A program made the position numbers and the translations under genes. From Lepidodermella squamata (taxonomy: Eukaryota > Animalia > Gastrotricha): a stretch of DNA of 64,000 nt. This document shows positions 1 to 12,300 of the stretch, in pieces. Below the pieces are notes generated by a model. The model did not search any database. It saw only the letters and a list, made by a program, of their open reading frames with translations, and was not told the DNA's origin. The DNA lies in NCBI GenBank assembly GCA_047495785.1, contig JBLDXI010000015.1, positions 1,240,001-1,304,000 of the forward strand. Reading direction: 5' to 3'. Within the stretch, counting starts at the first letter, position 1. Every line of letters starts with the position of its first letter.

Positions 1-526
1 ATATTTGCTAGATTAAAGCACGAGACTTTCCTGCTACGCCCGCGAACCAAATGTTAATATGCGAAACGTAGATAACAGTTCAGGATTCAGGCATTCAAGA
101 GTTTCAGGCAGTGTTATGAGAATTTTACGCAATAAAAAGGGACTCGCACAGAGTGAGCCCAATAGGAACCTACCCTTCAGATGATAGGATGAACTCGAAA
201 AAGTAAATGGGTCAAAGAAATGTTAAGCCTGCTCGGATCTCTCACATGTCTTGCGTGGTCAACTAAACCATATTGAAGCCAATTAGGCACGTAAACGTTT
301 GTCATCTGATCGTGAAGAAAATGCATATCTCAAATAACTCATTACGTTAATGAGTGAAAATCATAGAGCTTTAAGATCATAGGGCTTTTAGATAAAGATC
401 AACCTGACCAACCCGGAAAAGGTCATCAGCATAAAAGATGATTCAACATTTAGCACTACAAGAGTGTTTATCAGTTGAAATCTGAAATTATAATGTTAAA
501 ACATTATATTTCTTGTGACGTTAATT

Positions 527-1045
527 TTTATCTCATTCTCTCTCTCATTCTCATTTTTATTGCAAATTGTTTTTCAACAGTTAGCAAATAGTTAAGTTTA
601 GTTTAGCAGAAAGTTGTTTCTTGGCGCCTCACCACAGAAGTCACGTAGTTTACCAATGAAGGCGAATTAAATTTTATATGTTTGCAAAAAGCACTGTGAG
701 AGTTGTTAACCACGCAAGACGGCAGACGGTTCCACGCAGTACGCACGCGCCTGGAAAAGCTAAATTTATAGTTCAGGTTATTTCTAACCGCTTTCATCGT
801 CACAGAATGAGGAGGAAGGCGAGAGTTTCGGGAGATTATAAAAAAGTCAGAGAAATTTATATCAATACAACCCTGATACATTTTATGCATTAGAATGAGG
901 TCATGTTGGAAGCGGCGAACCTCTAGCGTCGTTAAGCCCAATTTCTGTAGACGTTCCTCATAAGATGCACCCTCGACCGTTTCGTGATACGAGCTTCGAT
1001 AGAGTAGTCTTTTTGTGAACCGCTTTTGTACCGATTTTTGTACCG
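527..1045 (-). mobile_element. 5'-truncated CR1/L2-type LINE 3' end
   Basis: Minus frame reads SVQKRFTKRLL..SYEERLQKLGLTTLEVRRFQHDLILMHK..FF..FSFSRRVRTAWNRLP, the typical C-terminus of CR1/L2 ORF2. It is followed by AATAAA and an (ATGAGA)n-like tail at about 527-555. Confidence 0.85.
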
Positions 1046-1610
1046 ATATCGTCCGGCATCACTGGAATAACAGTCAGATATGTCGATTGGTACAGTTTGC
1101 TAATCAGTTGAACCGAATCACTTGTTACAAACAAGGAAACAGGAAAATTTCACCATTATCGAAGACATAATGTCCTTAGTTAACAAATTTTACACGTTTT
1201 ATTGTTCTGGCGCATTAATTATAGGAATAATATTCTTCATGCTTTATCGTTAATCAGTCTCTGAAAACGTTTTGAAATTTTTTCCCAATATTGTTGGTTC
1301 CTTTGATCAATATCGATGGATGACAATCATTCGCAAAACCCAGACTTTACCAATCGATAGCTATCGCTATTTCAAGAAGTTCGATGGCTGATGTCCGACA
1401 AGAAGACTATTTGCGGATCGATTACTAGAGCAATCACGGCGTGTAGGCGTCGCTCATGCTTGAATATTTTATGTACATTGTTTCGTATCGGAAAAACCAA
1501 GATGCTGCGCGCTCAAAAAAACCCTGACAAGACAATGATGGGCGATAGGATCTACTAGAAAGTCGATCGCCGTTCACGTTGGGAAAAGCGTAACAAGAGC
1601 CCGAAGTTAA

Positions 1611-3708
1611 ATGCAGCTTACCAGCGGATTCAAGATTGTGCTATCTTTCGCCGTCATCATTTACGCGACAACAACATGGCTAATTTATTGTTATCTGGGC
1701 GATCGCTCATTCATCCCTTGGAAAGTCACAACAACCAGGGATTCATGTCAGCTTTCCCAATCAGAAAGTTTCGATAAGGCTACATTGTCATTCCTCCACC
1801 ACGTTGAAACTCATCCTTACAGCTCAATCTATAAGCCTTTCTACGATCGTGGCATCGCTAATTTTGGCGACCAGACGAAACTTCAGCAGGGTCTGTTACG
1901 ACTATTCCGTTCAGCAAGTTCTGTGTTGACTGCAAATTCGAAGGGAAGGCTATTCAAAGTAGCCATCCTCGGTGGCTCAACGTCTGTTCCACGTGCTGTA
2001 GAGCCGGTAAGTAGATTTTGAGGCCATCCTTATAGATGAAGATATAGTAAATAGCATAGCGCCGCATAGATCGGAAGCAATTTTTCGGACAATAAAACCA
2101 TAGGATTTTAGCATCTGGGATACACCTAATAAAGGGCGGCACGTGCTGCTGTACCCCATACCCCATACATTTAGCTATATGTTCACACTCCTCGAGTTAA
2201 CAGTTTACAAAATGATGAATAATGTCTATAATAGCAAATTAGCTAGCTTTGTTTCAAGTTTCAACCATGTGAATATTATACGCTTACAACAGCAAAAAGG
2301 TTATGCTGCGCGAGTTTGCGGTTGGCTCACGTCGGCATTTTCGTCTTACGGCATCGAAGTTGTCTGTGATAATTTGGCTGTCGGTGGTACTCCTAGCATT
2401 TTCTTTGCCCTTTGTATCGATGAATTATTGCCACAACGTGGTTCCATCGATTTGATCCTATTGGACAACGCAATAAATGACGATGGGCGGTTCGAAAAGG
2501 GCTATCCTGAGATGCTGAAGAAGCTAGTAGTCGCCCAGCCCAACGCACACATCATCGATGTTGATTTTCTACCTATCAAGCCTTTGCTGTATGGTCAAAC
2601 AAGATGTTCAGTTGTCGGCGATCCTGAACGAAGCGCTCATTTTCGTCACGCGAGGTGGGCCAATGTCACCACTGTGAGATCGACGAATTTTTTCTGTGAT
2701 CAGTTCGTTGAAAGGCTTGATAAGACTGCACTAAAGAGTAAGTAGTGGCCGCATTTTTCTTCAGACAGTTTGCCTTGCTTTATCAATTTTGCTGATTTGT
2801 GAACAAACTGATGATTGCTGTACCATTTTCTAGCTTGAACAAATTTAACCAAAAATATCAGAAAATTAGCGGGTTAAAATTTCGTGCGGGACTTCAGGGA
2901 GATTTTGAATTTTGGGCGACCTATCTCGATCTAAACGTAATTTTTATTCATTATTCCTCAAAGCTCGAACTAACTCTACATTTATTTGATTACAGGATTA
3001 TTTATTTCGCCAAAAGATAACTTCCACGCCAGTGAGGAAGTGCATTTAATGATGTCCGAATTCATCATCGAGTCAATGCGAAGAGCCGTACAACTTTTAA
3101 TCGAAGCAGGCAGCGTCAGTTCACCAGCAGGCCTACCCAACCAAGCAGCAGAATCGGAGTGCTTCGCATCATTTGTCACGCCACGATCATTTCGAAATTC
3201 GAGGCTGGAAGAGGCGTTACCGGCTGATAATACGTCTACATTATACGATCAACACAAGAATAGGAATGACTACTTCAAGCTGTTCAAGCTTTCAGCGAAA
3301 CAGAAGAATGCTATAACATTCAGATTTCGCAATTTCACCCGTAAATCTGTGGTTTGCGGGCCGGCTCATTGCAAACTGCCCCGGCTGGCAATTTCGCATG
3401 AATTGGAACGGTTAGGACAGCGAGGCAATTTGTCTGTCGAGGCCAGATTTACCCTTTCGGATGGAGTTGTCTACACGGCGCCTTATACAATCGTACAGCT
3501 AAGCTTTGAAGCCGAATCTCGACCGGCACCGGTCGACTTTGTCGAGAGTTCGAACGTGACAATTGACTGCGGCAGGTCTTCACATCTCAACATTAGAAGC
3601 GTTGATTTGACGATACGCAATCCAACCGAGTTCTACAACGTTTACGTCCAAGCAATCGCTTTCGTTTTTGATTGTAGTGACAGGTTCATGGGAAAGTTTT
3701 TTGACTAA
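1611..3708 (+). CDS. SGNH/GDSL hydrolase-like type II membrane protein, copy A (exons 1611-2006, 2293-2737, 2996-3708)
   Basis: N-terminal hydrophobic anchor. SGNH blocks: KVAILGGSTS (I), NLAVGGTPS (II), DLILLDNAINDD (III), DNFH (V, DxxH). GT-AG junctions keep frame and match the paralogue's intron positions. Confidence 0.75.
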
Positions 3709-3917
3709 TCAATTTATCATGGTGGTCGATTTATTGTGAGTGAGATTTAGTGTATCATCTTAAATTAGCTAATAATGATATGCACAATGCTGCCTATTCA
3801 ATTGCAATAAATGGTTACAACTAAATACCAATACATGGCTTTGTTTCTCAGCTTCGCAGCTCAGCGATAGTCAACAGAGCAGCTGCGGAGTAATGCGTAT
3901 CCAAATTGAACTGCCAT

Positions 3918-5899
3918 TCAAGCTTTTATTGAATTTACGCCAAAATAATCCCCGGCGAACGTGTCGTTACAATCAATAACAAATGAAATCGCTTGAAAGA
4001 AGACATTATAAAAGTTGGTTGGATTGTGGATAGTCAAATCGACGCTTTCAATATCGAGCGAAGAGCCATCGCAATCTATAGTCACGCTCGAGCTTTCAGC
4101 AAAGTCAACAGTTACAAGCCGAGTTCCGGTCTCTAACAACAATGAACTCTTTCGTATGGTGCCTTATATACAACTCCATTCGACAAGGTAAATTTGGCAT
4201 CGACTGTTAGGTGGCCTTGCCTTCCCAATTCTTCCAGCTCGTGAGAAATAGCCAGTCGCGGTACTTTGCACGAAGCCGGCCCGCAAACCACGGATTTGTG
4301 AGTGAATTTCGTGAACTTGAAATGAACGGCAGAGTCTTTGCCAGCTGCTAACTTCAACAGCTTGAAGTAGTCGTTCCAATTCTTGCGCGGATCAGTATAA
4401 ATAGATTTTTCGCCTGATACAATCGTATCTTCCAATCTAGTATTTCGCGACGATTTCGGCGTAAGAAATGATCCGAAGCATTCGGATTCCGCTGCTAACA
4501 GGCTAGTTACGCTATCATCTGTCGAAGGTGCACTGCCAGCTTTGATGAGTTGGTGCAGTGCTCTTCGCATTGATTCGATGATGAATTCCGAAACCATCAA
4601 ATGCGCTTGATCGCCGACATGGCCAGGGTCCTCCCGTGATATGTATATTCCTGGAAAGAAATAACAATTTCGTTTCGAATTAATGAGGCGGGGTGCGGTT
4701 TTGGTTCTTTTGGCATTATTATACTGAATGTCCGAACCTAATGCTCGCTTATAGGGTATTTTGAATCTTCCAGCTTTGCATTACCTCGGGGCTAATTATT
4801 TGCAACAGCGTGGAATATAAAAATGCGCATGCAGATGTTACTTACGTTTCAATTCTGCTAAATTGCGCTTTGCAACGAGCTCGTCACAAAAAAAGTTTGT
4901 TGATCTCACTGTGGTGACATTGGCCGACTTCGCATGACGAAAATGAGCGCTTCGTTCAGGATCGCCGACAGTGGAACAATTTGTCATGCCATACATCAAC
5001 GGTATGATAGGCAGGAAACCAACGTCGATAATGTGCGCGTTGGGCTGGGCGACGGCTAGCTTCTCCAGCAATCCAGGATAACCCTTTTCGAATCGGCCGT
5101 CATCATTAATTGCGTTGTCCAATAAGATCAAATCAACGGAACCTCGTTCTGGCAATAGCTCGTCGATGCAGATAGCAAAGAAGAAGCTAGGGGTGCCGCC
5201 CAGGGCAAAATTATCGCAGACGACTCCGAAACCGTATGGTGAAAATGCTGATGCGAGCCAGTTGCAAACTCGTAGCACGTAGCCTTTTTCCTGTCAGCAA
5301 GTAAAATCTTACGGTCAGTGGAAGTGTTATAGAAATCATAGAAATAATATTAGCTGTAGTCTGCACTTTCAGTCTATGAGGAACTATCCTGAAAGTTTCA
5401 GCGGAATAACTTCCACTAGTTTCCACTAGTGAAATTATATACTTGACTAACCGGTTCTAATCCACGTAGAACGGATGTTGACCCACCAAGAACTGCCACT
5501 TTGAAAATTCGCTTTTCAGGGCTAGCAAGCCAGTGAGGCTTAGTCGGATTGAAAAGTCGCAATAAGGCCTTCTGAAGTTTCGCCTGGTCTCCAAAATGGG
5601 CGATACCCCGGTCGTAGAAAGGCTTGTAGATCGAGCTGTAGGGATGAGTGGCAACGTGGTGGAGGAAAGACAGTGTAGCTTCATCGAAACTTGTTGGTTG
5701 AGATGGCCTTAGGAATCCTTTAGTTGAGGCTTCATCCGATGTTAAATGAGCTCGGTGACCACGGTAGCAATCGAACAGTAACCAAGATGTCGAGCAAACA
5801 ATGATTGCAATAGCTACTGAACCTTTTTTACCATCTTTGAGATACTTTGATCTTTGATCTTCAAAGTATTGATTTCAAATTCACTTTCAAAAATTGCAT
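3918..5899 (-). pseudogene. SGNH hydrolase-like copy B, convergent paralogue, apparently disabled (exons 5899-5452, 5290-4846, 4650-3918)
   Basis: Co-linear homology to copy A (GGSTS, GGTPS, LLDNAINDD, DPGH) with identical intron phases. In-frame TGA at 5863-5861 within a ~43-nt insertion, and a 1-nt deletion frameshift at about 4143. Confidence 0.65.
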
Positions 5900-6347
5900 G
5901 AATCGATGGAATGTTTGGGTGAATTCGGCACGCGATCATAAAAGGCCGTGTTCATCTATTTACGCTGATAAAAATGAATCGCCGATTCAAAAATAGGGCA
6001 AAAACATGGAAAACTAGAAACTCAAAAATCAATTTTGAGGAGATGTAGTCCTCGATCCTATACTACTAGGGAGGTACTGTATGTTTGGTCACCATTTTAC
6101 CAACCTTGGCATACTCAGCAGAATCGGGCCTCTAACTTACCCCTGTCATAATCTCTACTTCTGCGCCGTCGCGATGTTACTTTCGACTTTCGATATGTTG
6201 CGTTTTCGAACTGCCGAAATTACGGCTGGGATACACCGTCAAAAAAGGCGTGCCACGTACACAATTTATTTATTTTTTCCTCCAACATCACATCATCATT
6301 CGACATACAGATATAAGTTTAAAATCTGGTTTTCTATATTTTCGCTA

Positions 6348-9300
6348 TCACTCGGCCTTTTTATTTTGCACCATATCAATCCACTGAGTCAGTGCATCGG
6401 CGACAATCTCCGGCAGTTGCGCCAGCTCGCGGACAACAACGTAGAACGGAAACGGGAACATGTCGAGGTAGGGTACGATTTGCACGCCCGCCGACGCCGC
6501 AGCCGTCTTCTTCTGCGGCGAGAACACCGGCACGCGAATGTCGAAAATGGAGTCGGGCAGCGCCGGGTTGTCCAGAACCAGAACCAGCGGAAACACGTTG
6601 AGTTCTTGAGTCAGCGAGCGGATGGCCTTGCGAACTTGCGACTGGCCCTCCGCGAACACGCCCCGCCCATCCGTCAGGATGATGAGCAGCTCAGCAGCGG
6701 GCGACGACGACCCGCCCGAGCCGCGTTGGCTGTTCGTGAGGCGGGCGGTTAGAAAGTGCCGGCTCACTTCGCTCAGCATAGCCGCTATGCCCGTTTTCGA
6801 TTGGTCAAATTTCATTTGCGCGACCAGATTCGGGCCACCGACATTTTGACCTAAAAATGAAGCACGACATATTTAAATAGTAATAGCAGAAGTTAATTTG
6901 AGTCGTAAATTTTGGCTTGATGAAAAGAGTAGCGTAACCAAGGCGTTTCCCGTCTGCAAGCTTTGCTGTAGCGGTGGTAAAGTCGAATTTCCGGAGTTTC
7001 AAAATGCCTCGGTTTTAAAAGCGGTTTTTAAAACTCGGACGAATTTTATCCTTTCGCCAATTTGCTGGCATGTAAGGACGCCACTTGGCATGTCCCTGGC
7101 GCACTAATTATATCAAACTGTTTCCTAATCGCTTTATCCTTAGGCCTTGTCCTATTAGTCATTCTAATCCGCGACCGGTTATTCCCTTAGTTCCAAAACC
7201 GGAAGAACTCGCCTCTTTAAGTATTTCACTATCCTGTGTTAGCGAAAGCTTCTATCATGACTCCTCTTCTTGATACTTATTCGTTCATTACCTCGATTGA
7301 AGCGAAGAAGGGCGAAAACCCGGAAAACCCCGATGGAACTGGTTCGGTAATTTTCGGTATTTTACCCGGTAGAGCAAATTTTCCCGGACTTTTTCAATCC
7401 CATTACTATTCTCGGGATTTTTGAATTTTTCTAAAAATTTTCTAGCCATGAGATGGGACTTCGTCTCTCATTTTAATGTTTCTTATGGGACACGCAACTT
7501 AGTAATACGGCCTAATTTTCTTTCTTAGGTGAAGTCTTTTCCTGATTCCCCCAAAAATTGCAAGGATCTTCTAATATGGCCCTGTCCATAGGTGACCTCA
7601 CATTTAATCGCAGCAGAACTTGTGACACGTAAATCAAGTTGTTTCTTGCTTACCATGAGAGCTTGTAGAGCCGACGGCGACGAAAGGATCAGCGAACGGC
7701 TGCAGCAGGCGCGTGTTTTCGCCGAACGAGCACACGCCGAGCTCGCCGATCTCGAGCAGCGAGAACGCGCCGGCGAGCAGCGACAGCGCCTCGACGGCCA
7801 TGCGCCGCAGCGCGCAGTCGCTCATCGAGTGCGAGTCGTCGACGGCGAGGAGGACGCGGTGCCGCCGCCGCCCGGGCTCGCACCGCCGCAGCCAGATGCG
7901 GTCGCGCCGCCCGCCCGAAGCCGCGTACGCGACGAGTCGCCGCACGTTCAGCCGCTTGCCGCTGCGGAAATCGCCCCTGAAAAATAATTTAAATTGAAAA
8001 CACAATAAACATCACGTTTAGACTGTCATCAAAAAATTAAAAATAATAATAAAATTGATTGAGAAAAGAAAATGAGTGGGTATAGTATCCAAAAATACCG
8101 CTCAAAATTGTTTCTAATTTTTCCAAATGGTTTGACAGGTTACAAATAAGCCCCGAATATTGGGCTGGTTAAGTTTGCGCACCGTCAAAAACTGTTTGCG
8201 CAATACTTTCTCATAATATGTAGGAATATAGTCACTCTCTTAATAAAATCATCCCTTGCGCAATGGAAAGGGCAAAGTTATCTGCCATTTCAGCGGCCAT
8301 CAGCGGTTACTGCAGCGGAAGATTAAAATCGTGAAATAGCTTATTGAAGACCTGCCTTGCTTTATGATGGTCGACACTGGAATGCTATGCACGGACCATG
8401 GGAAGCTGGCTTGTAGCGAGGGTCGATTGAGAAACGACGAACAAAATGGTCTTGACTGCACTATTTGCAAGCAGCCTCCAGCGTGGCGAAATTTGAAGAA
8501 GAAACTGTTTAGCCATTTGACAAATCCTCCCTAATCTACGTTAGGCAATATCCGAATGCCTGATATGCCGTTCTGTACAGCAGAGTGCGAAAGAGGTTTC
8601 TCGGCCATGAACCTTCTTTGGAACGAGAAGCGGTCACGTTTCTTAGCCAGAACAGTTCAAGGTAGGAATGGCCTTGAATGTTACGATTTTGATGACTATT
8701 GTCGCATGGATTACAGCCGTATTCATCGTTAAGTGCAATGGGCCGGACACCGAAGACTTCGAGTGCGACAAATATGTGACCAGCTGGCTCCGAAAAAAAA
8801 ACGTCGTAGTGCCGTGGCGCGAAACTGCAAACCGAAGGCAACCCCGAAATCATCATCATCTCTGGCCAGATCCGCCATTTTCGCACGTAAAAAATGAAGC
8901 TTCGCTGAGACGCTGCTCACATTCTATTCCCTAATTCTATTTAAAAGCCCATTCTTCAACGGTCTTTCAGTGCTATGAACGAAAAATTCGACCGTTTTAA
9001 AAATAGCTTGTAAATAACGGGACAATAAACAAGACAAGAAATTGCGAGCACAATTCTACTTCGCACACTTGATGAATCGAGGTCTCGGTTAAATCGTTGT
9101 TGAAATCGATCTTGTTTTTATCTTTCACGGACGTCGTGAAGCCGCACGTTACAATGAGCGAGTCTGATTCGGGTTCGGGCTTCAACATACATGCAGTCTT
9201 AAAACTGGAATAAAATGTAGCGCTGCTTAGTATTCCCGCATTCCTGCCTTGTTGTCGCTTAAGGAATTGTCGCAAGCTAATTTGTCGCTCGAGTTTTAGG

Positions 9301-12300
9301 GATAACTTGACACCGGACTGAATTATCGGGGCGCAACCTTTACGGTCTTTCTAGTCACGCACCGATTTGCCGCCACATCTTCTCAATATTCCCAATTGTT
9401 TGTTAACTGTTAATTTACCCAAATTCCTCACTTTTTCCCAATTTTTTGATATATTTCCAATTTTTCTCACTCTTTCCCAGTTTTTCCCAATTTCTTTATT
9501 TATTTCTCAAATTTTTTCAAATTTTTCCCGATTTTTCCTAATTTGTCCAAATTTTACCATAAAATATGGACAAATTACTTACTTGAATTTCGAGTTGACA
9601 CTCGGTTCGAGAATTGCCCGTAGCCGCTCGCAGAGTTGCGCCGCCAGTGGCTCAGTATGCTGCCTCGCCTCGCTCCACATCGCCTCGGCTTCAGCTCGAC
9701 TCGCCTCATCGACAACCAACGCCTCAGGCACTGGAAAATCGTCCCCGCCATCAATCTCCATCGCAAACTCAACATCACCCGCCTTGCGAGTCAGCGCGTC
9801 AATATTCGTGAAAGCGCGACTTTCCGGCGGCCGTTCAACCCCACTGGTCGCGGTAATATCCGCCAAATTTTCGTCATCCTCACCATCGACCAAAATTTCG
9901 CCAGATTTATTTTTATCGATTTTACTGCGATTTTTCTCCAATTTTTTGCGACGATTTTGACGGGACATTTCCTCGCCGAGCAGCATATCATCCTCGTCGT
10001 TTTTCGCCCGATTTTCCTCGTCGTCACCCTCGGATTCACTCGACTGCCACCAGTCGTTGTTGTTTTTGTCTTCCGACTCCTCAGAATCAGGTTTATACTC
10101 GGCCTTTTCGTCATTTTCGCCCTGCTGTTCGCCTAACGCTTTTTGCTGGTCTTTTTCCTTCGAATTCTCCGGATCGTCGACTCGAGCGAATGCATCGGCC
10201 GGCTTCATTTCCGCATCTTCTGCCTGGTCATCGTCACTTTCCGGGTTATTTTGACCCTTATCAAGATCGACAGTTTTAAGGCGCTTCGGGGTCTCCGATT
10301 TCTCAGAAGCCGGCTTCGCCTCGGGTCGTTTTTCCGGTTGACTGCGCCGCTTCCGTCTCGGCTCTTGATTCTCCTCCGATTTTTGATTCTTCGACTTAGA
10401 ATTGTTGTCCATCGGCGCAGACTTCGCCCATTGGCCCTGTTTCGACCCGTCGTCATTCGCCACCGGTTTCGCCTGCATTTCCTCGTCTTCCTGGCCGTCA
10501 TCGCCTTGGTCTTGCTGTTGGTCCTGATTTTCGTCCTGTTTCGTGTCGGTTTCGCCACGCTGGTTCTTCGCGTCTGAGAACTCGACCCGTCCAGCTGAGG
10601 CAGCGTTTTGTTCGGCGTTCTTCTGCTGTTGCTCGGCTGTTTCGTTTTCATTCGCGCCGTTTTCTTGCTCCTCTTCGTCGCCACTCATCGAAACAGCATC
10701 AACGTCACGCTCGGCCTCATTTTTCTCGTCAGTCCTAAAATTAGAAAATAAATAGAAAATTAGGGATTGAACAATTTTTTTCATTTTCTTGAAAGTTTTG
10801 GTAAATTTTAATTCTAATTTCTCAAAACCTTCGATGATAACAACTGAACAAATTACGAGTACTCGGCAGACTTGACTACTCAAATGAATCAAGAAGGAAA
10901 TTAGCAAATATACTCGAGCCATTTTTTGCACTGAAAAAATGGCATCCTGATTGTTCAAGAAATGTGCCGAATTCGGATACGTTCGCGTTACGACGATGGA
11001 AACTAACTTTTCGAATGCAACGAAGCAATAAGTTCCTGTAAGAAAACAATCTTGGTTGACTCGCAGTTCAGACCACTACCCGATGATGATCAGCAAACAA
11101 ACAGATCAGGCCACATTGGTCACGTAATTCCGACGCCAGCGCAACTACATGCGCATCGAGCATACAACACCATGATAGTACGTTTCGACTTTTATACCAG
11201 ACATCCATTTTGTATCTCATATAGGCGCGTGCTTCTTCGACTGTATAGAGAAGTCACGAGGCTAGGTATTCGATTCTCAGCCCCCCTCAACTTTCAGCTT
11301 ATTCAACTTTGATTAACCTCAGTCATGTTTTCTTTCGAATTTTCATTCAAGGTAAATTATAATAAATCAACTTTTCTATCGAATAATTACTGTCGGAGTT
11401 TTCCAATTTTTAAGCGAGAAAAAAACAATGCCGTTCAATTCAGCGTCATCCCTCTCAACCCATTGGGACTAAAACGAATCAGCTTTCAACAAACCTTTGT
11501 TGCCGAAAATAATAATGCTGAACTTCATAAGCATTCGACTGTCGTTAGCCTGATCAGCTGTAAGCATGGCCCTCACAAATCGCCTGATGCCTTCTGCTCA
11601 CGATTCTATGAATGCACGGCGAACCTAGCGCAGGAACGGTTCGTGATGAGGACTTCATAGTTTACATTTTCTTGATCGCTCTTGCACCGCAATAGAATTT
11701 TTCGGAAGATTTTTATCTCATTACATCGTCGAAAATGGTTCGAGTTAAGGAGGAAATGCCGATCTTGCGAGGACGGAAACCGCCGCCCAAGCCGAAGAAG
11801 ACACTCGTTATTATCGATTACGAAGATCGTGTGGCCGCGGCCGTCGAAATGCACGTTGAAGAAGGCAAAAGTCTTCGAAAGGCTGCGAAGTTTTTCAACG
11901 TATGACACATGGCTGTGAAACGCCGTCGCGATGGAGGGTCGAAAAACGTCCGGTAGGCCAGCAGCCAGTTCTCAACGCTGACCAAGAGCGGCGCGTGGTG
12001 GATCACCTGATCAACCTCAGCGAATGCGGTTGGGAGTTCGACTGCGATGAACTCTTATTTGGCTATGAATTACCCCGACTTGCGGACTAGGCTAAACCCA
12101 GATTTCAAACCTAACCCTAACCCAAACCCTAACTTAACCCTAACCCTAAGCCTAAGCCTAACCCTAAAAAAGATACGCAAGTGGGGTACTCCTTTGGCTA
12201 TCTATCCTATTTTATTCGACATTATAATTTATGCAAACTGCTATATAGCCAGAGATTTTGTGCACTGTAGCTCAACGACGACGAGTTGAAGGCTCGAATG

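Noticed and set aside
2143-2292. ORF-track N- and C-terminal extensions (e.g. 2143, 10958, 55276, 58593)
   Set aside because: They are read-through into introns. Canonical splice sites and paralogue or family alignment delimit the exons.
6056-6260. Helitron-like 5' start (ATCCTATACTACTAG..GTATGTTTG)
   Set aside because: No convincing 3' hairpin plus CTRR end.
9400-9560. Repetitive TTTTTCCCAA-like tract, and a similar one at 52480-52660
   Set aside because: Ordinary low-complexity intronic sequence.
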